Assembly: GCF_006345805.1 (NCBI RefSeq)
Contig: NC_043002.1
Location: 18,104,001 to 18,168,000 of the forward strand
From: Octopus sinensis
Taxonomy: Eukaryota
Length of the DNA stretch: 64,000 nucleotides
Direction of reading: 5' to 3'
The translations under genes were made by a program, and so were the position numbers. Positions 37,458-49,327 of the stretch are shown one piece after another (positions within the stretch are counted from its first letter, which is position 1; each line of letters starts with the position of its first letter). Under the pieces are notes generated by a model that searched no databases, had not been told where the DNA came from, and saw only the letters and a list, made by a program, of their open reading frames with translations.

Positions 37458-37860
37458 AGTTGTGGTAAGTAGCTTGTTTACCAACCACGTGGTTCCGGGT
37501 TCAGTCCCACTGCGTGACACCTTCGGCAAGTGTCTTCTACTATAGCCTCGGGCCGACCAAAGCCTTGTGAGTGGATTTGATAGATGGAAACTGAAAGAAG
37601 CCCGTCGTATATGTATGTATATATATATATATATGCGTGTGTGTGTTTGTATGTCTGTGTTTGTCCCCCTAGCATTGCTTGACAACCGATGCTGGTGTGT
37701 TTATGTCCCCGTTACTAAGCGGTTCGGCAAAAAGAGACCGATAGAATAAGTACTGGGCTTACAAAGAATAAGTCCCGGGGTCGATTTGCTCGATTAAAAG
37801 CGGTGCTCCAGCATGGCCGCAGTCAAATGACTGAAACAAGTAAAAGAGAGTAAAAGAGAA
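37458..37860 (+). mobile_element. Full-length SINE family A
   Basis: Near-consensus copy ending atgactgaaacaagtaaaagagagtaaaagag. Confidence 0.9.
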
Positions 37861-37880
37861 TATATATATATATTATATAT

Positions 37881-37934
<54 letters not shown>

Positions 37935-38303
37935 CTATTAAAGTGCTATCGGTAAATTCCTATGGTGTAAACAAGCTGTCAAATTGTAGAAAGAGGATAG
38001 TAAAAGTGTGTTTGTGCATTGCAGAGAGTATTTCTTTATTCACCATAAGGTTGGGAAAAAAAGGGGACGATACGAGGACAGACAAAACAAACATTGGGGT
38101 CAGGGTATCGAATGAGACGAAACGTATGAATAAGCAAACAAGTAAAATATATACAATTAAATGAGAATGAGTGATTAACAAAAAATGAAGCGGAGGACGC
38201 GGTTGCGGAGAGATCTTCAAACGGACGCTACAAATACGTACACTCACACACACACACACAGACCCACACAAACACACACACACGCACACACACACACACA
38301 CAC

Positions 38304-38351
<48 letters not shown>

Positions 38352-38825
38352 CTCTACTAATGGGAGCGCACACACATATAGACGACAATGAACTGATTGT
38401 GAGAGAGCGTTGGGGATATGTACATATGTGGCCTCCGCCATTAGAGTTCGTATATGTCGGAAATAAATGCGGATCACTCACACGTCTTCTTCATTCATTT
38501 ACATAGTATTGTTACTGCTGTTACAGCGACTGTTGTTGTTGTTGTTGTTTAGACGCATGCTACATCGATTTGTCTCATATTCCGTTTCCATAAGTAGTAA
38601 GCCCAAGTATAAGTATTATTCTGTACTCAAACCTGACAAACCTGTTTTCCTTGGTCTCTATGCTAAACTACGACTGTGCTTTATTCATTTCCCCCCTTTG
38701 ATATGATGTACTTATAAACATTCTATTAAGTGTATCCTTCCTCAAACTACAAGAGACATTTGAAGAAGATTGGGTATTGGGTATCTATCTATCTAGACGC
38801 GCGCGCGCATATCTATACATATATA

Positions 38826-38992
38826 TATACGACGGACTTCTTTCAGTTTCCGTCTACCAAATCCACTGGCAAGGCTTTGATCGGCCCGAGGCTATAGTAA
38901 AAGACACTTGCCCAAGGTGCCACGCAGTGGGACTGAACCCGGAACTATGTGGTTGGTAAGCAAGCTACTTACCACACAGCCACTGCTACGCC
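38826..38992 (-). mobile_element. SINE family A 5' half
   Basis: cttctttcagtttccgtctaccaaatcc...caaggtgccacgcagtgggactgaaccc...cacacagccac. Confidence 0.85.
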
Positions 38993-40049
38993 TATATATA
39001 TATATATATATCATAATGTTAATACGCATATATAATATCTACGCTGGAATCAAAATCCCATTGAAAATCATTAATTTATTGTTAGTTGATCCTGTCCAAA
39101 ATGTTCATCATTTGTATGGAATCCAGAATGCAAGAGGGATGACAGATCACCTGATCTCGTGTAAGACAGAAATTTAAAACCGTTCTTTGCTCTCGGTCAG
39201 TAGATTGTTGATAACGTATATGAAGCAACGGCTGCGTTGAAGCTGCCAGTCGTTTTCCTTTAACCAGGAGCCGCAGATTAAATGGCAACAGATTTTATTT
39301 TAACTGATAAATTGGCATTTCACACTAACAATAAGCATTAAATCTAAAACCAGTCGATGGCGTGATAACAATTCTCCTACAAACAACGCTGAATATCTGT
39401 AACGGATAGCTTAGAGAATACGAAGAGCTTAGAGATTGCCTCTAGGTAATAAAAATCTGCAACAAAAACGTATTTGCAAGAAATTATAAAGATTACAAAG
39501 TAACAACAATACTAAGCAATGCCAATATTTGGAAATTTACCATGTGAGGCAATAGTATTGTTTGTGTGTTCATGTACACTTTTATCTCTTGTCTTTTATC
39601 AGGGTATGATCTGGTTTTTACAAACATTTACCTTATCAACCTGTATGGTATCAGACTACGCAACAGCGTGTAATCGTTATTTGTTTTTTGCTTTTGTTAG
39701 GTGTTATTCTTATTGTTTGATTATGCTCAATATCTGCAAGTAGTGGCTAAAAATTAAAAAGACAAGAATAAAGTTTGTACGTAGTTGTGGTCATGTATTG
39801 TTTGGTGATAGCAAGCACTTCCATGTTGTTTTTATGTATTGTTAATAGTTGCATTCGGACTTTGGCAGGAGAGAAACTGGTTTTCACAAACAAGCTTGAT
39901 TCGTTCCTCCGTTTTGTTATGTCATGTAACAGTTCACCATTTTTCTCTTTGTGTGTGTGTGTTTTTCTTCGATTGCAGCTTTAACATATTAATTATTTTG
40001 CCGTAGTGCGTCAATTTCTTTAAAATTTAAAGCTTAATGTTTAATATTA

Positions 40050-40228
40050 AGCAATGAACTGGCAGAATCATGGACACCCGGGAAAAGTGCTTAGTGGAAT
40101 TTCGGCTGTCTTTGCGCTCTGAGTTTAAATGTCGACTTTGCCTTTTATCCTAGTATGGTCGATAAAAAAAGGACCTGTTGAACACAGTTCCCCATCCTTA
40201 AAATTTGCTTGTGCCAAAATAAGAAAAT
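40050..40228 (+). mobile_element. Degenerate SINE family B
   Basis: gaactggcagaatc...gtcgactttgcc...aaaatttgcttgtgccaaaataagaaa. Confidence 0.6.
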
Positions 40229-40655
40229 AATATTAAATCTTAACGGAAATCTTGCAGGAATTATACATAGCTATTCGCACTTAACCTGCAACGTTCGGAG
40301 ACGCCTCACTGAACGCCATTGTTGTCGACCTTTCAGTATCAAAAATCTCCTAGGTATGACTGGGATAAAGAACGATATTTCAAATCCCAAATTTGCACAA
40401 TGCCTGGTACTCAGTCAGCCATATTGTTGGTTACTGTCAGTCCATATATAACTAAAGAATGCCACTTTACCACCAACCATAAAAGCAAAGTTTTAGAAGA
40501 AATATGCCACCAAATGTTAATAATAATAAATTATGTACACACTACTAACCAGTATTGAGTATTGCTCGCTTTCGTCATCACGATGACACCATATATCCAT
40601 ACATATATCTATCTATATGTGTGCGTTGGTGCTTGTCGTGTGTATTTGTATGTAC

Positions 40656-40698
<43 letters not shown>

Positions 40699-40789
40699 TA
40701 CGTGTGTGTGTGTGTGTTTGTATATGTGTATATAAAGATTACATCACGATAAACTACATATTCAATCTCACGTATTTTAGAATGAGCGA

Positions 40790-41230
40790 AAGCTTTTAAG
40801 CTTTCTCTTTGTGCTACCTTCATAAATTACGTAAAGGTCTTTGATAGCGTAAAGTTGAATTCACTGCTGAAGTCTCCGTAGATGCAAGAAAAATCGAGGC
40901 ACAATGCTTCAAACTAAATGTATGACAAATATAGCTCCCCTAAATTCAGCTGCAAGAGTTCAAATCAAGAAGCGCATCAAACAAGATGACACCAACTCTC
41001 ACCAACTCTCCAAAGATTTTCATCGCATATCTCGAAATTATCCTCGGAGATGTTGATGTTATATGTAGCATCAACATAAACTGTGAGCTACTAACGCCTC
41101 GAATTTGCAAGCAGTATCCTAACCATATACATAAGCTTCAGATCAGCTTAGATGTTGCTGAGAGGGATCGATAGCCAGAGTTAAAAACTAGGCCTCAAAG
41201 TTAACAGGAATGGAAACCTGCTCCACAAAC
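40790..41230 (+). mobile_element. RTE-clade LINE reverse-transcriptase relic
   Basis: Frameshifted TFINYVKVFDSVK, QIKKRIKQDDT..SPKIFIAYLE, SININCELL and KLGLKVNR, corresponding to RTE AFIDYEKAFDSV / KKGVRQGDTISPKLF / GININGELL. Confidence 0.7.
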
Positions 41231-42325
41231 GAGGAGCAAAATCCAATTTGATAAGACAATTTGAAACGTGGAAGAGAAGAGCACAGTGAAGGAGAGAATG
41301 ACCCATCGTATGGAGATGTTTGATAGTCCAGACCATGGACCAATGGAAGTTATATTTATATGTGTGGATGCATATATAGACAAACACACACACACACACA
41401 CACACCATAGAGGCAAATTTGTTGTTGAAAATGCACTTAAATTTGAAAAGCTTGTAATTGTTTAAAATAGATTTATTTACATATATACCAAACTAGTTTC
41501 AACAATATTTTTTGTTTATCAAAAAATTTAAAGTTAGGAATTAGAAATACATCTTTAAAAGTTTCAATGCTGACAAATTAAAATGTTCATAACAGACAAA
41601 TTTACAATTATGTATTAGGAAAGCATGTTCAGAAATTTCGATGTTGACAAGTTTAAATGTTCATAACAGTCAATAATATCAAAACTGTGCATCAATTTAT
41701 TTGAATGTACAAAGCTCATTAGTGTTAGTAGTGATCGATAAGAAATGAATATCATCAAAATTTCAGTCGTAAAACAAGGGAGAAATGAAGATAGTAAAAA
41801 AAGGGATTTGGTTTACAATTTCTCTGGTCCTCTTTCCGTTGTGTGTAGGAACTTTCACTTGTAGCGATGTGTTTTGGAATCTATTTTTCCGCGAGCGGAT
41901 CTGATTTTTGGTTCATTAAAGTACTGGTGATGTCATGTTTTTCCGGTGGTCAAGTTTGTCGTTCTGCCTGGTTGGCTTTTCTTTCGAGAAACGGTCATCA
42001 GTAGTTCCGGTTGGTTGATTCTCTTAAAGGGTCATTTTGTTGTATTTGCTGAAGTTTGGTTTTGATTGCTCTAGAATTATGTGACTTCAGAAGCTGGTGT
42101 TCGTAGAATTTCATTTTTCTAGATATAGGTGACGTCGTCAACTGGTGGTTGCATAGTGATTTGGAGTGTAAAAGACTGTTAATAAAGTTTTTAAAATTAT
42201 TTGTTGTTCCTGGAGAAATTGAGTCTTTTTCCTTTTTCTCTTTAGTGTTGGTTTATATTTTTATGAGTATGCTTTCCTTATTTTAACGGAGTTGGTTTGA
42301 CGTGTTTCCGATAGAGAGGGAAGAC

Positions 42326-42694
42326 TTAGTATTTCGAGTTTATGTTTAGAGGGCATTGGTCTAGATGTTTGCTTACGGGAATTTTCCTAGTCATGGTGTC
42401 TCGGGTTTGTTGCCTGTGCACGGTTATTCTGTCCCTCAATGTTAAACTAGTTTGACCTACGTAGTCTCCACCACGTCCTCCACATTTTAGAACATAGATT
42501 AAGTTCTTCAAAGCACAGATGAAATAAATTTTTATGGTAAAAGTTTGACTTGACTTAAATTTGTATGTTGAGCCCTCTTTGTGGGGTTGGGTTGTACTTT
42601 TGGTGGGTAATTTGGTGCTGGTGATTAACTTTTTTAGTGATGGCGGTTGTCTTTTGCTCTTAATAAATATTTGTGTTTCCAGTGCCTTTTTCAT
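42326..42694 (-). mobile_element. Penelope-like element GIY-YIG endonuclease fragment
   Basis: KSKRQPPSLKKLIT...KNLIYVLKCGGRGGDYVGQTSLTLRDRITVHRQQ...PVSKHLDQC. 5'-truncated at (TA)n. Confidence 0.85.
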
Positions 42695-42712
42695 TCACAG
42701 GTCCTATATATA

Positions 42713-42782
<70 letters not shown>

Positions 42783-44492
42783 TACGTATATATGTATGTG
42801 TGCGTGTGTATGTATAGGTCTTTTATGTATGTTTTATTCCGTTTAATTTGATTAACCAGTTACTAAGAGATTGATAATCACAGTTTCACTCTTTGTATTT
42901 ACTATTTAAGAATGTTCTTCTCTCATTTGTCTTTTGAGTTTTACATTGCCATTTGTTATGTTAGTTTTTTTCGTCAATTCCTTCCAGTGTTATTTTTTAG
43001 ATTTTGATATATTTCTTCTAGTTAAATAAATTAATATAATTAGTCATTATATAACATGTTTTTAATTTATTTCTTAATCTTATGATTTGAATAATTTATA
43101 GCTTAAGAATATTTTTATGAATTTAAAAAGTTTTTATATATATTTTATATATAGGTTTTATATTCATATATAGTTATTTATATATGTCTGGGGGGTGTAT
43201 GTATATGTATGTGCGTGTATGGAATATATATGGACATATATGTATGTATGTAAGTATGTGTGTGTGTGTGTTTGTCTATATATGCATCCACACATATAAA
43301 TATAACTTCCATTGGTCCATGGTCTGGGCTATCAAACATATGTATGTATATATATTATATATCTTAGATTAGTTTAATTTGTAATGTAATGTAATATAAG
43401 GAATTTTTATTTTAATTTATGTTATTATTATTTTTAAAACAGGTTTTTATTTTGCCTTAGATTCTAAACTTTGAATTTTAAATTTTCAATCTTATATATT
43501 GAATTTTAAATTTTTAGAGATTTAATTTAGGTCTATCTGATATTTTGAGATGGAAGACATTTTTCCTGCACTCATTTTTCACTCGTTTTGATTTATTTAT
43601 TTATGCATTTCTTTCTTTATTTATTTCTTTATCTGGAAGGAAAACTACTTTGTTTTACTTGAAGGAAAACATTGAAAACATCTGTAAATATAAGAATATC
43701 TTTTCTTTCCGTTTGAAATCATATTAACTTTGAATTATTGTACTGAGTACGTCTTAGTGGATAATATATTGCTTTTTAATTTTTTAATCTTTTAATTAGT
43801 TAGCTCTATAACTCTTAGTAGTTAATAGTCTATTTTTCATTAATTTCTGTGTAAATTGATTGCCTATTTTCCTTTTTGTTTTTCTATAGACGGTAATTAC
43901 AAATGTCGTTAGCAAGTATCTATATATAGTGAATTGTCATTTGAATCAACGCTGAAGTGGATTTAAATATTTTTCGTTTCTTTATGTTTTGATCGGTCTG
44001 GCGGTCGGTCGCTTAATTTATTTCTATCATAATTTTATTGTTTGCTCCTTTCTGGGCTATTGTAAAAGTCCTTATATTTTTGTTGGCAGAACCCATTCAT
44101 TCCAAGAATGAATTCCTGAGTAAGAGCATAATTTGTGATTTCAAAAGGATTATATTTCGTTTTGCTTTGAATTAATTAGGCCTGGAAACAACTTGTAGAG
44201 TTTTTATTGGATATATACCAACTTGGAATAAAGTAACGTCTACATTTCTTTTTTTCCTTTCCTTATACCTATATATATATAAGAGTAAACAAGAGAGACA
44301 GAGACAGGCAGAAACAAGGAAATGCTCCTTGTATTTGAACACTATACAAATATTCTTTTAAAAAAAACTTTTCTTTTAATTTTTCTAAAGTTAATTATTT
44401 TATTGTTACAGTTGAAAAGGTCTCAATGACTGAAACCGGTACTGAAATGTTTTTTATAAAATTATTTTAACATTTTCTATCTTGAATTTTTT

Positions 44493-44548
<56 letters not shown>

Positions 44549-44864
44549 GATATAGATATATCAACATATATATATTATGTATGTATCTCTCTATATATGT
44601 ATTAATTGTACAATAAAGAATAAAATTATTAATAATTTTATCAGGATGCCAGTGCGAAAAAAAAAACCTTATAGGTAAATTTTACAAATAATATAATAAT
44701 TATATAGATAATTATAACACGAAGCTGGCATTATGCCTCTCCACGTGCTAAAAAGATGCCGTTGGCGTTATTTGGTGGGGTTTTTTTCAGCACATGGAGA
44801 GTCGTAATGCCAATCATTTGTTATAATTATGTATATCATTATTACAAAATTTGTATATATATAT

Positions 44865-44930
<66 letters not shown>

Positions 44931-44974
44931 TGTGTGTATGTTTGTGTGTGTGTGTATAAACCTTTGTGTGTGTT

Positions 44975-46510
44975 TGTTTGGCATCCTTTCTGTCTCGGGA
45001 GACAATGGAGTTGCGCATTTTTTTTTTTTTTTTTCTAGGTCTAGTCCGGCTGTTATATTTTATTTCCTGTTACATTTCTTGCTGTGGCTGTGTAGTCCTA
45101 TCCTGGACAAACACTCCCTCTGGCAGGTACTGCAAATGTAGCGAGACTGTTCCTGGCTGATTGTAGTGCCATGGTCTCTTGTTTATGTCTCTTCCTTTCT
45201 TTCCATTTCTCCTCTCTCTTTCTGTCACTCCTCTGTATACCCTCTTTTACTGTACGTCGCCATTCTCCACGGTTGCCGGCGACTGCCTCCCAACCGCTAA
45301 TTTTTGATGTTGCAGGCCTTCATATCCCTTTTGCAAACATCCTTGTAACGTAAGATCGGTCTACCCCACAGACCTAGTACCCCTAGCAAGCTCTCCGTAG
45401 AGTATGTCCTTAGGGATTCTGCCATCTTTCATACGGCTAACATGCCCAAGCCATCTCATACGTCTTTGTGTGAGGAGTGCAAACATGCTTGGTATTCCTG
45501 CTTGCCTGAGGACATCTTTGTTGGGGATATGATTCTGCCATTTGATGTGGAGGATTTTTCGGAGGCAGCGCAGGTGAAAGATGTTTAGGCGACGCTCTTG
45601 GCGTGTGTATAGCGTCCAGGTCTCGCTTCCATACAGTAGAGTGCTGAGTACACATGCCTGGTAGATCTTCATTTTTGTGGTCTTGGTCAGCTTATTGTTG
45701 TCCCAAGCCCGTTTGGAGAGTTGGGCCATCGCAGCAGCTGCCTTGCCAATGCGTATATTGAGCTCAGCGTCAAGGGATAGGTTGTAGGTGACGGTAGAGC
45801 CCAGATAGGTAACTTCTCCACCTCTTGTAATCTGTGGTCTCCAATATGTATGTTTGGGATGTCCGATGTAGCCTGGCCCATGATGTTGGTCTTCTTAAGG
45901 CTGATAGCTAAGCCAAAGTCGTTACATGCTTGCTCAAAACAGTGTAATGAGCCTTTGGAGGGCTTCTTCTGTGTGTGTTACCAGAGCGGCATCATCAGCA
46001 AATAACATCTCCTTGATCAGGACGTTTCTGATTTTGGTCTTGGCACGCAGGCGCGAGAGATTGAACAGTTTCCCGTCACTTCTACTGTGCAGAAACACTC
46101 CATCATCTGATGTCTGAAAGGCATGTGACAGCAAGAGTGAGAAGAAGATGCCAAACAATGTAGGAGCGAGGACACAGCCTTGCTTTTACCCCGTTTTTTA
46201 TTGGAAGGGGCTGATGTTGAACCGTTGTGCTGTATGGTGCCTTGCATGTCATCATGGAAAGACGTGATGATCCTCAGCAGCTTTGGTGACATCCGATTTT
46301 TTGGAGCAGGAGGAAGAGGCCTGTTCTGCTTACCGAGTCAAAGCCTTTGTTAGATCAATGAAGGCCATATATAATGGCATTTTCTGCTCTCTGGACTTCT
46401 GAAGTAGGCGTATGGAGAATATCATATCGATAGTGATCTGCTTCTTCTAAAGCCACACTGCAATTCCGGATAGATTCGAGAAGCAAGTAGTTGTAGCCTG
46501 GCCAGGATAA
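44975..46510 (-). mobile_element. RTE/BovB-like LINE, 5'-truncated, frameshifted
   Basis: LFNLSRLRAKTK...EMLFADDAALV (RT), KMKIYQACVLSTLLYGSETW...RWLGHVSRMKDGRIPKDILYGEL, C-terminal ICSTCQRECLSRIGLHSHSKKC, and a 3' UTR ccattgtctcccgagacaga. Confidence 0.92.
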
Positions 46511-46552
46511 CGCGGGCAAAGGTCTTTCCAACAGTGCAGTGGTGTGTGTGTA

Positions 46553-46617
<65 letters not shown>

Positions 46618-46864
46618 TAAATTTCCACCTTGAAGGTAAACTCTGATAAAAGGAATAATGAATTATATTTTGGCTTCTAGTCACCCCAGCCTCTGTATTG
46701 CCACTATTTTTGTAACTGGTTACATTGAAAGTGATTTCAGTGATATACAACACTTTATCCCCTCAGAAGAAATTCACGCACAGAAACATTTGAAAACTCG
46801 GAACATTTTGACGGATTTACTGAGTTTAAGAAGATATCCTGTTCTGTCGAAAGTTGATTTCTAC

Positions 46865-46904
<40 letters not shown>

Positions 46905-46932
46905 ATACATACATACATACATACATACATAC

Positions 46933-47021
<89 letters not shown>

Positions 47022-47524
47022 AGTAATAGGAGTGATATAATATCCAGGCAGATATCGAATTTCTCTGTGTAAAAAGCCAAGGTTGGTTTCTTCTGATGAG
47101 CGTATTTTTGTAAAACTTCATTTAGCTCCCATATGATACTACAGTTTACTTCTTGCCTGCTTAGATTGTAAAGTACAATATAGGTAATAGATAATAAGGA
47201 CAAAGAAGAATTTGAACATGCAAACTTCACGTTTATTTCCAGTTAGTTTATTCGTAATAATAATCCGACACGTCTTTCGGTCGCACCTACTGCATATTGT
47301 TGCATATTTATATGCACCCATTTATGCATCATTAGTGCGATTGTACGAATAATGCATAAATAGCTGCTTATAAATATGCAACAATATGCAGTTGGTACGA
47401 CCGAAAGACGTGTCGGATTATTATTACGAATAAATTAACTGGAAATAAACATGAAGTTTGAAGGTTCAAATTCTTCATTCTCCTCATTATCAATATATAA
47501 ATAAAATGTAACTACATGTGAATC

Positions 47525-47718
47525 GTTAGCGATTTTTTATTCCTCCGTCTTCCTTTTGTATTGGATTTCCCTCTTTTTCTGAGAAGAGCTTTGCTTGAGG
47601 CGTTAAATCACCTTTCTGTCCTTCTCTGAGCGTCTGATAATAATTTACATGTACGACGTCCTCGCGTTGTAGCTTCTGTGTTTGTTCTTCGTTTTCTGGG
47701 AGGATGGGGGATTTACTA
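47525..47718 (+). mobile_element. Penelope-type terminal relic with a degenerate hammerhead
   Basis: ctgagaagagctttgcttgaggcgttaaat...ctgagcgtc...gacgtcctcgcgttg, homologous to 53203-53400. GAAA is mutated to GAGG. Confidence 0.5.
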
Positions 47719-47751
<33 letters not shown>

Positions 47752-47763
47752 TATATATATATA

Positions 47764-47805
<42 letters not shown>

Positions 47806-47807
47806 AG

Positions 47808-47839
<32 letters not shown>

Positions 47840-47904
47840 GTATGTATGTATCATGATATAATATATATTATAATATATATATATATATATATATAATATA
47901 TATA

Positions 47905-47940
<36 letters not shown>

Positions 47941-48005
47941 TATATGTATGTATGTATGTATGCATACATGCATGTATGTATAAGTATGTATGTATATATA
48001 TGTAA

Positions 48006-48362
48006 AATATTCTATAATTATATACATAATTATAATGAGGGGTCGGCTAATTGCCTCGCCACGTACTGATTTAGAAATAGACGCTAATGTATTTTCAACT
48101 ACCATAAAAACTCCAAGAAGATAACATACTTTTTGGGATGGAGGCAAAAGGGAAAATGATGAATCAATTCGACCGCGGTTAATTACAGACACGTTTCGAA
48201 CTTAAAATAAAACATAATTTCCTTTTGTTCTCATCAGTCTAATATCCAAATATAAATTTGCAAGTGTTGTAATAAATATGCACACGTCTATTTCTAATTC
48301 AGTACGTAGCAAGGCAATTAGCCGACCCATCATTATAATTCTGTATATAATTATAGAATATT
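48006..48362. mobile_element. 357-bp element with 78-bp terminal inverted repeats and an internal hammerhead motif
   Basis: Arms 48006-48083 and 48285-48362 with about 5 mismatches. No clear TSD. Confidence 0.7.
48183..48242 (-). ncRNA. Hammerhead motif with a long stem II loop
   Basis: ttaga CTGATGA gaac-(25 nt)-gttc GAAA cgtg T C tgtaa. GUC triplet. Stem I has one G.G mismatch. Confidence 0.5.
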
Positions 48363-48489
48363 GTGTATAACTTACCCAGAATGTTTTTTAGCGTACTGAC
48401 CACTTGGTAAAATTATTATTATTATTATTAATCTTACCCTATATTATATAGATATAGATATATATATATTGAGAGAGATACACACACAT

Positions 48490-48520
<31 letters not shown>

Positions 48521-48522
48521 GG

Positions 48523-48991
48523 GGGAAGCTTTATGAAAATAAACAAAAGACGAAGCAGGTGGAAAACAAACGAACAATTGTATTAGTATGGCGCTCAGGA
48601 AATAAATAAAACAAGTCTTTAACGTTTCGAGCCTACGCTCTTCAACAGAAAGATACACAGGAGAGAAAAACACAGAAAGAAGGAGAGAAAAAAAATGCGT
48701 GCAGTAGCTAACGAATCAACATGGCGCCTGTTGATTCGTTAGCTACTGCACGCATTTTTTTCTCTCCTTTTTTTCTCTCCTTTTTTTCTCTCTTTTTTTT
48801 CTCTATTTTTTTTCTCTCCTTTTTTTTCTCTCCTTCTTCTGGTTTTTTCTCTCTCTGTGTATCTTTCTGTTGAAGAGCGTAGGCTCGAACGTTAAAGACT
48901 TGTTATTTATATTCCTGAGCGCCATACTAATACAATTGTTTCGTTTGTTTTCCACCTGCCTTCGTCTTTGTTTATTTTCATAAAGCTTCCC
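48523..48991. mobile_element. Foldback Penelope-like relic with variant hammerheads on both arms
   Basis: Arms 48523-48721 and 48729-48991 meet at caaca-tggcgcc-tgttg. The right arm has an expanded (T)nCTCTCC tract. Confidence 0.7.
48616..48653 (-). ncRNA. Variant minimal hammerhead motif (CUGUUGA core)
   Basis: tcttt CTGTTGA a gagc-gtag-gctc GAAA cg T T aaaga. The mirror copy at 48862-48898 (+) lacks one A of GAAA. Confidence 0.5.
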
Positions 48992-49001
48992 GTATAATAT
49001 A

Positions 49002-49327
49002 TACTAGCAGTATCGCCGGCGTTGCTCAGGTTTGTAAGGGAAATAACTATAAGCATTTTTAGAGAGTTATAGCAAAAAAATGGAAAAAAATGATGGTAAA
49101 TTATCCGGTTTGTGTTTCTGATTCTCGACCCCATGTCGAAATTTATCGATTTTTTCAGAACTGTGGGGAACTTTTCAAAATTTTCGCTGCGTTAGTTTGA
49201 ATTATGACATTGGGCTATGTGTGTGTCAAGTTTCATCAGAATCGGTGAAAGCTGTGGTCAGGGTGGGGTACAAGCAAACAGACACACAGAAACACGCACA
49301 GACAAACTGCCGTAATATATAGAAGAT
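49002..49327 (+). mobile_element. Non-autonomous Helitron-like (Lep1/HINE-type) element
   Basis: 5' tactagcagtatcgccggcgttgctc, internal aagtttcatcagaatcgg, 3' acagacaaactgccgtaatatatagaagat. These termini resemble the class, recognised by pattern only. Confidence 0.55.

Noticed and set aside
41562-41673. Two ~40-bp imperfect direct repeats
   Set aside because: Only two copies in an AT-rich context, with no structural or family signal.
47092-47125. CTGATGA-gc...gt-AAAAC
   Set aside because: G12 is missing and no stem I or III.
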